NCBI GenBank assembly: GCA_038496445.1
Contig: JALMLS010000596.1
Location: 206,246 to 270,245, forward strand
From: Trichosphaerium sp. ATCC 40318
Lineage: Eukaryota; Protista; Tubulinea
Length of the DNA stretch: 64,000 nt
Direction of reading: 5' to 3'
The translations under genes were made by a program, and so were the position numbers. How positions within the stretch are numbered: the stretch's first letter is position 1; every line of letters begins with the position of its first letter. The notes under the pieces are model-generated. The model was not told where the DNA came from. It worked only from the letters and a program-made list of their open reading frames with translations, and ran no database searches. Positions 1 to 13,345 of the stretch are shown here, piece after piece.

Positions 1-207
1 AACGTAGCATTGGCTCTATTTTTGCATTAACTCAACAAGTGTGCTGGCTTGCCTTGGTGCCGTAAAGATTGAGTTTTTTTGCAAGTACAGGTCCTTATTT
101 AACAATCAAATCAAGCTACGAGAAATGTGAAAGTATTTTGAAGCTCGATCCTTCTGGTTGCGTAACGGTACAATGTGGAAAGGGCGAATTCAAGGTTTAT
201 TTACTGA

Positions 208-788
208 TTAACAAGTATGTGTTACATCAATGCCATCAATGAACCAGCGAGCATTGCAACCACCTACTCAGAATTTAGATTTACATCGAAACAAAAAATA
301 ACAAAGGTACATACCGCAAAGATCAGAGATGCAGCACGCTTTAGCATTTCTACATGTAGCATGTTCACAAGGATCAACGAAGCAGTGAGCGATGCCATTG
401 TTACAAGGACAAGTGCAGTCCACTGGATGACCGTCAATTTGGTAGTTGAATGTGCCTACCAAAGAGTTAGATTGATTTAGTGTCTGATTGCTTTTTGAGC
501 GATTAGGGCAATAAAGGGCGTACAAGGTGTGTCTACACAATATCTATCACAGCACTGGGCTTGTGGGTATCTTTGGCAAGCTTCGGCGAAAGTACATGGC
601 TGAATAAAGCAAGGTGTTGTTGGAGTGCAGTCACGTGTTACACATTTTCCTGCTGGGCATCTCCTTGGTTGGGCAGTGGCGCCTATTGAAGATATATAAG
701 CCAAGCCTTTCCTGTAGATAATTTAAATTATCAGAAGCGTACTAAGGGCCAAAAGAACAAAGATTGTAATAGAGAGGAGAAGCTGCAT
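208..788 (-). CDS. Small secreted cysteine-rich protein with two C-F-x-(D/Q)-P-C repeats; 4 exons
   Basis: Splicing three GT-AG introns gives MQLLLSITIFVLLALSATAQPRRCPAGKC...PCFIQPCTFAEACQRYPQAQCCDRYCVDTPCTFNYQIDGHPVDCTCPCNNGIAHCFVDPCEHATCRNAKACCISDLCGGCNARWFIDGIDVTHTC*, with a signal peptide and a duplicated Cys module. Confidence 0.8.
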
Positions 789-1274
789 CGAATAGGGAAC
801 GGGTTGAATATGGACTTATTTTTCTTAACATAAACCAAGGTTTAGTAGTTCACTCATTTGTTGAAAAAAAATGCACAATGCATTTTTTTAAAGGTTTTAA
901 CTTTCGCTCGGAATATTAGAAGATCACCGTTATTGTACCTCAAACACTATGGTAGGCAGAAACTTGAAATAAAAGAAAGTTAAGATAACTTAAAAAGAGT
1001 CATTGTCTTTTTGTTTGGGCAAGTTACGTTTTCAAGTCACGTGATTATTGATTAATTGTTTATTTTCTTTTTGTTGCGGGTGAATTGTTACTGTATTAAT
1101 CCGCCGCAGCTTTGTTTCACAAAAAGCAAGACAAAGGGAACAGATGTTAAACCAGGGCTAATGTTTGTTGAGTTGACAATTTGTTGCGAAGTATTATTGC
1201 TTCCAAAACTATCCAGTACGTTGGTGAAGTGTAGCTCTCTCTAGAAAAGTTCACAAATAGGAAAGAAATACAAT

Positions 1275-1930
1275 CACTCAAACTTTATTCGACAAGACAA
1301 CTCACGTACGCCAGCCAATGCCTTGACACCCTCATCTGATATTCCTTTACAACTGTACAAGTTGATTTTATAGGCATCTGCTAGTAACTTGATGCTCTCA
1401 GCTGTTACATTGGTAGAAGAAATCAATTGTATGTACACCAGCTAATGCCTTGACACCTTCATCTGTTATTTCTCTACAAGACGATAAATTAATATCATGA
1501 ACACCAGCAACTGCTTTAATTGCATCATCTGTTACAGAATAGCAGGCAAAAAATCAATTGTGTACGCCAGCTAGTGCCTTGACACCTGATATACTGCAAC
1601 ATGTCAGTTTGATAGTATGAACGCCAGCCAATGCTTTGATCCTTTCATTTGTTATTTCAGTATTATACCATTTCAAGCTATTACAATTTGTTACCAAGCG
1701 TTGTTTAACACCTATTGTAGCGTTCAGAGAAATACGACTTTTTGCGACATTTTAACAGTGAATGATGGTTGGAACAGCTCTCCAAACAGGTTATAACACT
1801 TCAAATTAAGTATTGTGTACATATGACAATAAAACATTGTCTATGTCGGACTAAAGTAAGCGTAATGCTGCTAGTTTAGTAATTAGTGGTACAAGAACAG
1901 TTCCCACTATGTCGATATTAATGAATGTAA
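1275..1930 (-). pseudogene. Degenerate leucine-rich repeat gene (LAGVHTINLSxCREITDEGVKA-type repeats)
   Basis: About 6 LRR units on the minus strand, with 1-nt frameshifts near 1420 and 1550 and stops upstream; boundaries approximate. Confidence 0.7.
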
Positions 1931-4155
1931 ACAAGTCTCAATATTGAAATAACGTATATTGTGTTTGTCAGCCATACACAGCATTTTAAAATGGTTCCTA
2001 AGTGAACCTGTAAACTCTATAATACTGGTGGGCTGTTGGCTATCACGGACGTAGCTTTACATAGCACGTGAATAGTGTAGGCTAGGTTAAATTTGATTTT
2101 GTATGATACCAAATTAAGAAACTCGCGTAGACAAATAAAAGGAGAAAATAACGAGAATTGTTGGCTACTAACATTTTAAGCAGCTTTCCTCATCTTTGGG
2201 TTCTCCGTTTGTTTAAATTTTTCAAGTTGCTCTTTCAGCGCCTTGTTTTCTGTACTCGAAATAATATTTGCTTAGGTACGTACGCATTCTTTTCGTTTCT
2301 GCGATATGTCGTCTGCGAGCTATCATTTCTAAATAAATATGATTATTTTCGTTCGCAACTTGTTACAACGAGTACCTTCTTTGTGGTGTCTTATCACGTG
2401 GTTGTGGATTATTTACTTGGCTGCCCAAAGTTAAACAAAAGTTGCTACAAATTTTGACGTAGCAATAACGAGCAGGTTCATCATGTGCTCCCAACGTGTG
2501 TTTTCTACAGCACAAGTAAGGGTAGTAGACGCAATCAAACGTATAGAGTGTTATTCATTCTTGATTGGTTGCCCACACGCGAGGTTTAGCGCCTAAACAA
2601 AGCTAGTTAGCTTTACCTGACAATCGTTCAATCGAAAGTTGCCGGCTAGGAGTCAAGTAGTAAGCGTGGATCTGGTACCCCACTGACGGTTTTGAGGATG
2701 CTTGCAGGGATGGTTCCTAAATATCATAAGTACTTTTACACATCTTTTTGAAAAAGTTTAGCGAAACATCTTCTACTTTCGCTAAAAATTAAAGTCAACT
2801 TTAATAATCATATTCGCTCGTTTCACCTTGTTCGTTGAACTATTTACAGTGTAACTACTCTTGTACAACATTCTTGTTGGATTATTCTACAAATACGAGA
2901 CGATTATTGGCTATTGTATCCATCACGAATAAAGTTCAAGATGTATTGGAGATTTAGGAATGTAAGAATAGCTTACATCTTTCCTCAACAGTTTACTATT
3001 ACGCAAGTTATGTAGTTCAGACATTGCTTCTTGCTTCTACCGGCAATGGTATAAGTGCTATAATAAATTCAGGAAACTTGTGCATCAACGGTTTTTTTCC
3101 AAAAATAATTTATATGATAAAAAAGAGAGCCAATAGTCCGATCTTATTGGCATATTCCATTATTCAAACCAAAAGTGCGTGATGTCTAGTTTTGCTTCAT
3201 TGTCCTGCGCAGTGGCTATTGAAGTTATTGTTACAAGTGACTTACAATACGAAATTGTTAATCCCTTTTTATTCTATGATTGCATCGTATTTCGGATTAT
3301 CACCCACCATCCCGACTAAATTACCAAATACGATTATTTCATAAAGTGCTATTGATGTAGAGTGCATATTGTATAGTTAATTGTAGCTTTTTCATATAGA
3401 CGCCTGAAAATAAACTGACTTAATCTGAATTGTCTGTTTTTTGATACTTGCAATAATACTGTAGGAAAACAAAAAAGGAGCGAACAAACAATCACAAAGA
3501 CATCGAAGATAAAGTAAGATTCTTTCGCCTCACAAGAAATAGCACTTCTTTAGAGTGAGATATAAGCTCGTCTTCAGCTTACAAAAAACGGTAGGTGTTG
3601 ATGCATTGCAAGACAAGTTAACAACGGAGAATATGTCTGCGAATCTGAAACAACAAAAACTACTGCATTGTACAAGCAATGATGAGGCAAATGCGCTGGA
3701 TTGAGATTTTCACGTGCCTATCTTTAGGCCGTGGTTAGAATATCAGCTTTGGTCCTCTACTTCAAGGTTACCTTTACAGTAGCTCCTGTTGAAGTACCAA
3801 ATTTTGTAAAAAAGGCGATACTATTTATTCGCTGACATACAAGGGTGCCTAATTTGTCTTCTAGTAAGTACATTCAACTCATGAGGTGGCAACAAGGTCC
3901 ACGTGACTATCTTTTTAATAGGAAAATTTAGTTTGCAATGTACTCAGTCATGATACCGAAGGATTGTAACTATCACATTGCCCTTTATGTACAAGGAGAA
4001 AACCAACAAGATTAGAGGAAAACATAAATATTTAGTTACTTTGTTCAAGTTCTGGAAGTAAAACGACAAATTTATAACATCAAACTTTATTGTAGTTTGC
4101 AACAATTGGTATGAGCGCCAATGCCACGGCCTACAGCTATACCAATGTATATCGC

Positions 4156-4555
4156 TTATTCGCATTCATAGCGGGTAGCTCTAGGAACGCCACCTAACCA
4201 CATGGTACCATCGTAGTTATTACATCTTCCGGCGCTAGGTGTTCGCTTATTGCATCGTCTACCACAGTTTTTCTTGCCTTGTATGCTGTAGTACTAAGCT
4301 TTGAATTGAGTGGAAAGTTGAAAGTGTATGGGATGAACAACTACGTACGTAAGCGTAATTGTCTTTAGGGCAAGATCCCCAAAGGTCAGCGCAATAAGTT
4401 CCCGAACCTCCGTTAGTTTTTTCATACAATTTTGAGCACCATTTGGCTATGCACGCTTCCGCCTCTTCGTCATTTCCTGATACTGGACATGCGAACATGA
4501 AAACTACAAAAATAATAGCCAGGGATAGCGTAGGTATTAAAGAAAAGTTGCTCAT
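4156..4555 (-). CDS. Secreted 8-cysteine peptide, copy 1 (2 exons)
   Basis: Signal peptide MSNFSLIPTLSLAIIFVVFMFACPVSG; one phase-0 intron; exon 2 reads YYSIQGKKNCGRRCNKRTPSAGRCNNYDGTMWLGGVPRATRYECE*. Confidence 0.85.
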
Positions 4556-5199
4556 TGTGGGATTAATCCTTATTTTTAGACATGAACAAATGGTGTGAGT
4601 TTTTATCAAATTTATTCTCAGAGTAGTTTGTCCTATAAATCCCCTATTTCACATAACTTCAACAACTTGAATGAAACCATTGTTTAGCTTCCAACATACC
4701 ATGGTTAATAATGAACGCCAAAACAAGGGTTCAAAACAAGGGTTCAGTTAATACATAACACGAGACTACATGGAGCGGTGGAAATTTTGCAAAGTAGTCT
4801 ATTACTCCAGGATAGAGATTTATCCAGTTTTTGTGCAATTGAGTGTGTCCGATGAATCTCGCTATCACGTAACTACACGATGAACGCGAGAAATACCCGC
4901 CGTCTTAGAGCAGTCTTTTTCAATAAACACAAATGCTGGCTTACATACAGGTGTTTCTTGAGCCTCGTGTAACTTAGTGAAAATTGTGAGCTCGAAAAAA
5001 TACTGTATCACGTGGCCGAAGGTGTTATTTAAAAAGCTGAAAGTTACGTTTGGTATTAATAGTAGTAATTTCACTATGATAGGCTTGCAATTTAAAGCAA
5101 AGTATTGGCAATATCTCTACTATTCTACTAAAATTACTGTTCAACGTTTCAATAGATAACAACGCTGATAATGTCATTATCAGAGCACTGATAGGTCTC

Positions 5200-6110
5200 T
5201 TATGTGTACTTACAGTTGATTACTGCAATGAAGACGTCCAAATTTTTAGCCAAAGACTTTGAAATTGAGTACCCGCTGAACTTTTTACGGGAAGAAACTG
5301 CATCATAACTAGCCATTTGAGAAGGATTTCAAGACCCCCTTGTAGTAAGAGTTAGCATACAGGTAACAGAAAAACAACATTACCAGTGTGAAAATAAACG
5401 AGGCCATCATCCTTTAATGTATTCCAGTTGTCACATATAGCACGCCATACCTTAGTAGATATATCAAGTCTATTTCTAACTCTTGTGTATACTATATCAT
5501 AAATCTCCTTCAAGTATTTATGAGGCTTTGAAGCTTCTTCTCTCTCAAAGTGTTCAAAGTGGCTGGGAAATCATTGCCTATTATGCATTAACACAAACGT
5601 CTTGCTTGTGAATAACGTACCAAGTACAGACATCTGCTCTGTTAGGTAATCTTCTGTACCCAAAGTTGGTACGGTGTATACTTCGATATCATTGATGTGC
5701 TTGTGTAAATAGTACGCTGCAGCAGCAGCAGCTTTGACCTATGAGTTGTTATTTTCTACTTAGTGCGCACCAGACGGTAGAACAACGTTAAATTTGCCAT
5801 TTGATTCGTGCATGTCAATAAACTCTAGAAACTCTTTCGCAAGAGCGAAACGCTTGCAATAAAACTAAGAAAAAAACGTAGTACGAGCATACGAGAAAAG
5901 TTCAATAATTATTTTCTCACATTTTTCTGCTTCGCGTGAACATCCCCACGTGGTATCCATAAATCATCTGTTACTTGCTCATGGTTGCACTGGCACGCGT
6001 TCTCTGGCTGTGCATTACGGCACTATGTTGTCTTCGAGATAGTTGAAATATCGATAATGCGTGTTCATAATATTATTTGAATGCCTGGTTTGTTCTATTA
6101 TGCAAGGTAC
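5200..6110 (-). pseudogene. Degenerate ACC deaminase / D-cysteine desulfhydrase-like PLP enzyme
   Basis: Fragments WIPRG(G)CSREAEK, LAKEFLEF, VVLPSG, RLDISTKVWRAI, VYFHTG(G) with introns and several frameshifts; 5' part not found, and a MITE lies adjacent. Confidence 0.55.
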
Positions 6111-6222
6111 GTCACAAACTCTATTTTAAACTTTGCAGAAGCTGCTGAAAGGTAGTCGAATTTCTCGTCTTTTTAATTTTGTGCTTCATAAGCTGCTTGT
6201 ATCTGCCAAATCGCTATGCTGG

Positions 6223-6970
6223 TATTGTCTGTTTCATTCAAGTTTTACTAATATTTTCTAGAAAGTGAATTTTTAGCACTTTTAGCAGATCTAGCAAGAT
6301 CTGACACTTCTATCAAATGGTGTAGATCTATGACAATGTGAACTATTTGTGTTACAACGTCCTTCATTGTATGACTTAGGTACCTTACGGTAAGTGATAG
6401 CAAAATTTTTAATGTAAGTTTCAACATCCCATGGGATGATCGCAGCATTTTACCTACGCAAACTATACACAGTACGATCAAACCACAGAAGTCTAAAAGC
6501 GAATTAAAAAGGTATGATGTCCTACAAAGCTATCGCATTACCGCCAAACACGGTATGAATGCCTCAAACACTGTTTGCTGTATGTTTTGCTTCAAAAAAT
6601 CAACGTATGTGTATAACTTACTAGCGCCTACCCCACGCTAACAGAAGCGCTATGGTAGCATCCAAGCAGCAATGAAGGTGTAACAACGTCAAAACCGCCC
6701 CAAAACACCACCAACGTTGCTATAGGCTTTGTAAACGCCGCTAGGCATCAAATATGTAAATAAAAAAGTTTGCTCTGGGGTTTGTTAAATCACGTGGGTT
6801 TGAAACGTTTGGATTCACTGGACAGGCTTGAGGGTAGATCACATTTAAAAAATGACAATTTGCAAGATCTGTCAGAAGTGTCAAATCCGTCAGATCTGAC
6901 AGATCGGGCAGAAACTGGGTTTTTTTGCTAAAGGTCAGTCTGTCTGAAAACTTGAATGAAACAGACAATA
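6223..6970. mobile_element. Non-autonomous TIR DNA transposon (MITE), complete short copy, TA-flanked
   Basis: TATTGTCTGTTTCATTCAAGTTTT at 6223 and its exact reverse complement ending at 6970; subterminal GATCTGACA-like repeats; related copies elsewhere in the window. Confidence 0.85.
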
Positions 6971-7214
6971 GTAAACAAACTGTTTATTCGAGTGGCTAAA
7001 TATTATGATTATTCAATTTTTCTGCTAGTACACCAGAAAGCAAATGGACTTATACGCATGAGCATAATATGAAAAAAAAGGAGATAATATTTACTAACTT
7101 TTACTAGAAATATGAACACTCAGTTAGTTTGGTATCTATTATTACCAGCGTAAAATCCAACATACATTGGATAAATAAGAACAAAGAAGAATAGAGTACT
7201 GCTTTGTTCTCATT

Positions 7215-8231
7215 TCAGTTTGTTGTTATTCCCTTTGCAATACAAACACCATCCTTGTATACTGATCTTTCTTCCAAGGTTCCATCTTCAAACCATAACA
7301 AAAACTCGCCATCAGGCTTACCGTCGCTATAGTACTCACAAGATTGCATCTGGCCTGTTTCATAGTAGCTCTTTGTCTCACCATGTATCTTACCATTGCG
7401 ATAATTAAGGACAGAATCAAGTTGTCCATTTTTAAACCATATTTTATTCTCACCAGATTGTTTACCAGTTTCTTCATCATAAAGACTAACCTCACGTATT
7501 TGACCGTTCGAGTACCAAAAAGTATGTTTGGACATCTTTCCTGGTTGTTTGTAAACATACAAAGACTTCAACTCTCCATTTTTATGCCATGTTTTTTTCT
7601 CTCCAATGATCTTACCGTGTTCCATAAACATCTGACTGTGCAGCTTGCCATTTTCGTGAAACGTACTGACTTTACCATTTACTTTATTGTCCTTGTATGT
7701 CTTCTCCTCACGCAACTGACCGAGCCTGTTCCATGACTTGTAAGCACCTTCAAGTACACCCATCTGATAGGTTACAAGCCATTTGAGTTGTCCTTCTTCA
7801 TACCACTGTCTTTTGGTACCATGTAGTGTACCATCAACATACTTAGTTTCTTCTTGTATTTTACCATTCTTGTACCATTTTGTTGATGTTCCTTGAAGTT
7901 TCTTATTCGAAAAAAATTGTTGCATCATAAGTACACCGTTTGTATACCATCTCTTCCAGTCACCATCCCAACCACCGTCTTTATAATGTACTTTCTGTGA
8001 CATTTGACCATCATCAAACCATCCAATTTTGTATCCATTTTCTACTCCATTTTCAAATTCAATTTGCCATTTTTTTTTCCCACGATAGAATTTAATAAAT
8101 AGTCCATGTTTTTCTAGTTTGTCGTTGAAGCGACTTGTGATGGCGGCTTTCTTGCATAGTAAAGGCCATTTCAACCACACTTCAGTGTCAGTATCGCATA
8201 TTGATAGGTGTAGCTCTACAGGAATAGCCAT
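7215..8231 (-). CDS. MORN-variant (MORN_2/YwqK-like) repeat protein with an F-box-like N-terminus; intronless ORF
   Basis: 338-aa ORF with repeated W(Y/F/H)xNGQ...YxxGxxxG units; N-terminus AIPVELHLSI...KWPLLCK. Confidence 0.85.
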   Translation of the reverse strand: MAIPVELHLSICDTDTEVWLKWPLLCKKAAITSRFNDKLEKHGLFIKFYRGKKKWQIEFENGVENGYKIGWFDDGQMSQKVHYKDGGWDGDWKRWYTNGVLMMQQFFSNKKLQGTSTKWYKNGKIQEETKYVDGTLHGTKRQWYEEGQLKWLVTYQMGVLEGAYKSWNRLGQLREEKTYKDNKVNGKVSTFHENGKLHSQMFMEHGKIIGEKKTWHKNGELKSLYVYKQPGKMSKHTFWYSNGQIREVSLYDEETGKQSGENKIWFKNGQLDSVLNYRNGKIHGETKSYYETGQMQSCEYYSDGKPDGEFLLWFEDGTLEERSVYKDGVCIAKGITTN

Positions 8232-9950
8232 AAGATAGTTTTCGGTTGAAACAGGTTGTTTGCGTATTAAATTGCCAATTACATCAAGAGCGCTTTCATA
8301 GACACTCTACGGAACGTAAGTAAGTCGGCTATTGTTTAAAACTGTTACCATTGTACTCAATTTATCTGAATGTGACTGTAAATAGAGTATTTGTGAGTTA
8401 TGTGTAAAGGCGTGAGAGACAACGTGTTTATGGCTTTTAAGAAAGACCTTGACTGAGGCATTTCCGCTAAAATTCGCAGAACACAAGTCTTGTTTATCTT
8501 CCATCTATTTTCTTAAATTAGTAAGTTACTATGTATATCGCTGCTGTATTGTTACACACATCGCATATGGGAACTAGAATAGAAGTAAGGCATTATTGTC
8601 TGTTTCATTCAAGTCTTACTATTATTTTCTAGAAAGTGAGTTTTTAGCACTTTTAGCAGATCTAGCAAGGTCTGACGCTTCTGTCAAATGGTGTAGATCT
8701 ATGACAATGTGAACTATTTGTGTTACAACGTCCTTCATTGTATGACTTAGGTACCTTACGGTAAGTGATAGCAAAATTTTCAATGTAAGTTTCAACAGAC
8801 CACGGAAGATGATCGCAGCATTTTACCTACGCAAACTATACACAGTACGATCAAACCACAGAAGTCTAAAAGCGAATTAAAAAGGTATGATGTCCACAAA
8901 GCTATCACATGTCCGCCAAACACGGTATGAATGCCTCAAACACTGTTTGTTATGTTTTGATAAAAAAAATCAACGTGTATAATAATTTACTAGCGCTACG
9001 CTGGCCTACCCCACGCTAACAAAAGCGCTATTGCAGAATCCAAATAGCAATACAGGTGTAATAGCGTTAAAACCTCCCAAAACACCAGCGTTGCTGCTTT
9101 GTAAACGCCGCCAGGCGTCAAATATGTACATAAAATTGTTTGCTATGGGTTTGTTAAATCACGTCAGTGATTTTTTACGAGCAGTACATTTACAAAAATA
9201 AAGCTATCTTTCTAACCAGCTGGCGCATATTTTGACTCCCCCAATGGATCCCATAACTTATAATTATATTCTCACGATGCCAGTTACACCTGCAACAACC
9301 AACAAACATCTCAAAAAAACTGTGTTCTTGACAGCAAAAAATAGTTACAAGTGATAGTATTTACCTCTTGGAAGCTTGGGATTTTGAAGGTGTAATTGCA
9401 GGCGCAACAGTAGATACAGCATTTGGTATTGCGGTTTGCGTGGTTGTTTTTGGTGCCATTGATGGAGAGGTGTTGGCGTTATTATTGGCTTTATAGTTCT
9501 ATTATAAACCCATCAATAAAGAGTTTGCAAGCAGACTTAATTTCTAATTTACTATATGACACAAGTCATGTTGGGTGCTATAATTACGTACTACACCAGT
9601 ACTGAGTATTGCTTCATCGAACAAAAGGGAATAGAAAGGTAGCATCTTACATGTTTTTTAGATGAACGCTTTTTATGAGCCTGCCTCTTATTTGAGTTAG
9701 GACCACAAGAGCTTTTTAATTGTCATTTGCTATGAGGAAAAAATTTGCTGTTTAATTAAATAACGGTAACTAACACGTGATAATTTTAACTTAGCAAGAT
9801 TACGTTGAGCTACGTACAGTCTCAAATTAAGGAAAAACTTGAAGGTGAGAATGAAGAGGAGAGAAATAGACAAAGGGTAAATACTAAACTGAAAAAAAAC
9901 GAAAAGAGTGTGAAAGGGGCTTTATTAAAGCACTTTAGTAACATATGTAT

Positions 9951-10697
9951 TTAGCTACATGCACTACAATCGCCGTTGAGAGGTAGAACAACACTTGCAG
10001 TAGTAAGAGGGTGGATATCAGCAGTACCTTTCCAACAGAAATGAAAAGAGTTAAAGATTTTAACTTCGGAGAAATTCCAGCCATCATGACCGAATATTGT
10101 CATCTCAACACCTTGAAGTGCCTTGTCGGTATTCTTTGAAGGTGCGACCATATAGAACAGATCAACAGCACCTGATTGAAACTCGTTGAGTCGGGGATCA
10201 ACAAGGGCAGCGCTGTAAGGAGAATAGGTTCCGTCAGTGTAAGCATATCGGTACTTAATTGGTGCATTTGTTCCATGGAATTGCCCGTTGTTCGTCTTTG
10301 TCATTATCATTGTGTATTCGCTAGTAACCTTCTCATATGTATCTCCAGATGCTTGACTATAAGTGTTTGAACAGCTGGTCATGTAGAATAAGTTGCATAT
10401 ACTTCCGTGGTAGGATGTGTAGTAATTACAGCGGTCGTCTGCATTACATAGTTGTTCACATTGAGCTTTTGTAACTGAAGTATCTCGAGGGAAGGAACAG
10501 TCTCCAGGGCCGCCAACCCAATTGCAGTTTGTTACCGTTGATCCGGGCACAGAGCCATCACAGTACACAAATTGTCCGGCATGCATGTCTTTACGACAGC
10601 CAGAACAAGTGTTGTGGGCGTTGAGAGTAATGGCTTTGTAATTGAAGGCCAATGCCAATGAAAAACAGAGACAGAGTAGAATCGATGAATAGTTCAT
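9951..10697 (-). CDS. Secreted protein with a PAN/apple-like domain and a C-terminal PLAT/LH2-like domain; intronless
   Basis: Signal peptide; CEQLCNADDRCNYYT..CNL (PAN-like); GTNAPI...FQSGAVDLF...DGWNFSEVKI (PLAT-like). Confidence 0.75.
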   Translation of the reverse strand: MNYSSILLCLCFSLALAFNYKAITLNAHNTCSGCRKDMHAGQFVYCDGSVPGSTVTNCNWVGGPGDCSFPRDTSVTKAQCEQLCNADDRCNYYTSYHGSICNLFYMTSCSNTYSQASGDTYEKVTSEYTMIMTKTNNGQFHGTNAPIKYRYAYTDGTYSPYSAALVDPRLNEFQSGAVDLFYMVAPSKNTDKALQGVEMTIFGHDGWNFSEVKIFNSFHFCWKGTADIHPLTTASVVLPLNGDCSACS

Positions 10698-11479
10698 GAG
10701 TGGAGGGGCTTGTACGCAAACTAAAGCTGTTGTTTGTTGTTTGAAGGTTATTGGTAAATGATCAACAATGTTGGCTTAAAAGCACGTGTGCACGAAAAAA
10801 AAAATAAAGCGAAACCAACAGCAATGTCGCCGTATGAAAAAAACAACACAGGAAAATGTGCTGGTATTTACAAACCAAAACAGAAAAAAAGTCCAACCTG
10901 TCGGGTTAATGTGATTTATTTTATTTATGATCAAATATCGCCAAATACGAAACGCATGGATGAGTTTTGGGTTGTTTTGGTGTTTTTTACTTCCATTCCA
11001 CATGTGTTCAGTGAACTATTGATTTAGAAATAATTTCGCTCCTTCTACGACCCGAACCAGTTCACTTCTATGAACGACATCTGTTTAGCTATTAAAAAAA
11101 TTGTTTGAAAACAGTAACAAGCTCCGGAGTACAAAATGGGCCTTGCTTTCTCAAAATGAAAAAAAAAACAAACAAGATTGTTAAAGTTTTTTCGCTACAC
11201 TTTTGTAGTACCCATCCTCATTGCAAGTGCATGAAAGGTTAGACCCTTATGACTTCAGTAATTTATAGGGTCTTTAATAGGCACAGGGCAGTGTCAATCT
11301 CAGAAAAAAAGCCATAACTCAACTCTTTTTTATTGAAATCAAATTGATTATCATTTGTGTAGACTGGTGTTTTGTAGTAATAGCTGTTACAAGTCATCGC
11401 AGTATATGTGCACTTCGCCTTGAAGTATTTATACATATTCCGGTTGTTAGAAAGGTACAGGGATCGCTCTCTCTCTAGT

Positions 11480-11730
11480 GTCAGACAGATCGCAGTATCA
11501 CAAGTTGCAGTATGAAGTTTTCATTAAAACTACTTTTCCCACACTCTTGAGATAAACCACTGTAGTTGTATAGTTGCTATACCGCAACTAAAAACAATGA
11601 AGCAGTGATTAAAACATGTGATTCAGAAGAGAGTGCTTGCTAAACAACGCAGTCACTCTCATACTTGATAGGCACTTCCAAATTTCAACCCATCATAAAC
11701 TGTTGTATGTTCCTGTCCTCACATCATTCT
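11480..11730 (-). pseudogene. Possible decayed tRNA-splicing endonuclease catalytic-domain fragment
   Basis: VYDGLKFGSAYQV resembles the GxKFG motif; the surrounding sequence has stops and frameshifts. Confidence 0.25.
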
Positions 11731-12999
11731 TCATTGTTAATACCCACTACAGCGGGCGCATGTCGCTTTGGTAGGTAACAGGGCTACATTCTACCGAAGT
11801 AATATGTATCACAAAAAGTTTAGTTAAACCATCTGTGCAACACTTTTTTATTTAAAAACTAGCGTGTAACTTGATGTGGCTCTAATGTCTCTTCGTTGGT
11901 GATGCTCGCCAATAGGTGTTTGATTAACTAGCTTGCGCAAGAGAAACTACTAATATGTATCACCAGCGGATTGCCATAGAACCTAGCTGTGACAGCTCAT
12001 TGCCAATAGCCTACATACGTATTTTTTCATCCAGAGCTCACTTATTTCAATACACGCCTGTAGCATTGACGGATGTACTCACAAATTCATTCATACAGCA
12101 CTTGCTTGAAAATCATAGCTACTATAACGTGACATAGCGGAGGAAGGTAGTCTTAGTCGTAGTTTCCTCGCTTTTCGGTTGATAAAAAAAACGGTTGTTA
12201 TCTTTAGATTAAAATGGTGGCACCTACCTAAACCTGGACCCAAAGCAAAACCGAATACGGTTACTAGTATACAATCACTATGATGTCACTTTCTTTCATT
12301 TTTCAAACCAACGGAACAAAAAAGTTGTAATAGCGTGCGTATAGTATCATTGACGCACAGTGCTGCATAAAATACGGTTTAACAGATACTTTCTCGTAAG
12401 TTGACAATCTGCATTTTTTTTAATTGTGCTAAACACGCTTGATTGTTGGGTTTCAACCCGTCAATCGATTCAAAATCAAATGTTACAGCCATTTAGAGGG
12501 TTTAGAACTCTTGAAAAGCAGGTGATGGCGAAGAAAACACCAATCAATTTTTTTACAACTTCATTGAAGCAAACTCCAGGATCGCCTTGAATAATATGAA
12601 TGTATTTGAATAAATACAAGGTTTTTTGTTGTGAATATGAATTTGCCGTATATTCGTATTGGAAGAACGTTACTCTAGAGCCATTTTACTACCCAATCAA
12701 GTTGTTTAACGCCAAAATAAGCTTGATCGAATGTAGTTTTTACGGTAAACATGGTCTTTTCATGAAAACGAAAATAGTAAAACAGCTTTATCCGTTTCAT
12801 TTTTTTTTCAAATGTAGTACGTGCCGATTTGAAACGGTTGGATTCACTCGACAGGCGTGAGGGTGCTCACATTTAAAAAATGACAATTTGCAAGATCTGT
12901 CAGAAGTGTCAAATCCGTCAGATCTGACAGATCGGGCAGAAACTGGATTTTTTTTGCTAAAAGTCAGTCTGTCTCAAAACTTGAATGAAACAGACAATA

Positions 13000-13345
13000 C
13001 ACGTCATGTGATCCAAAAAATGGACAGATGAGTTTGGTAGTTAATTCGTGCTTGATAAGCGAGAAGGAAGCGAAGGACATCAACACTAAAATTGATGTCT
13101 ATGAGACATGGTTTGCAAACGGTCAGTTGAGATGTTGTAGGAATTTAGTAAACAAAACTTAATAGAGGTGAGAGTGGTGTTTAAATGGTAAATAACAAAG
13201 GTGTATAATTATATGCATGGTAGACTACAAGGAGAACAGAAGCTGTTGCATGATAACGGACAATTTACTTTAACGTATATTATCATAGATGGCAAAAAGC
13301 GTAGTAAGCCTAGATGGGTTCGTGATGGCCGAAAACAATACTCAT
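13000..13345 (+). pseudogene. Decayed MORN-variant repeat gene
   Basis: Remnants NGQMSL, YETWFANGQLR, WCLNGK, HDNGQ interrupted by stops and frameshifts. Confidence 0.65.

Larger units (their letters stand above)
8594..12999. mobile_element. Second copy of the 6223 MITE, split at its internal CACGTG by about 3.65 kb of cargo
   Basis: 8594-9164 matches the left ~570 bp and 12819-12999 matches the right ~180 bp of the 6223-6970 element; ACGT occurs at both junctions; TA at both outer ends. Confidence 0.75.

Noticed and set aside
2150-3950. Short ORFs and exon-like stretches (also 57880-58380 and 49362-49610/55537-55794)
   Set aside because: No coherent splice model or recognisable motif could be built
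6248-6968. ORFs with LSDLTDLT-like repeats (also 56120-56413)
   Set aside because: They are translations of MITE subterminal 9-bp repeats, not genes
9260-9520. S/T/P-rich plus hydrophobic-tail fragment on the minus strand
   Set aside because: No start or complete model; treated only as possible cargo
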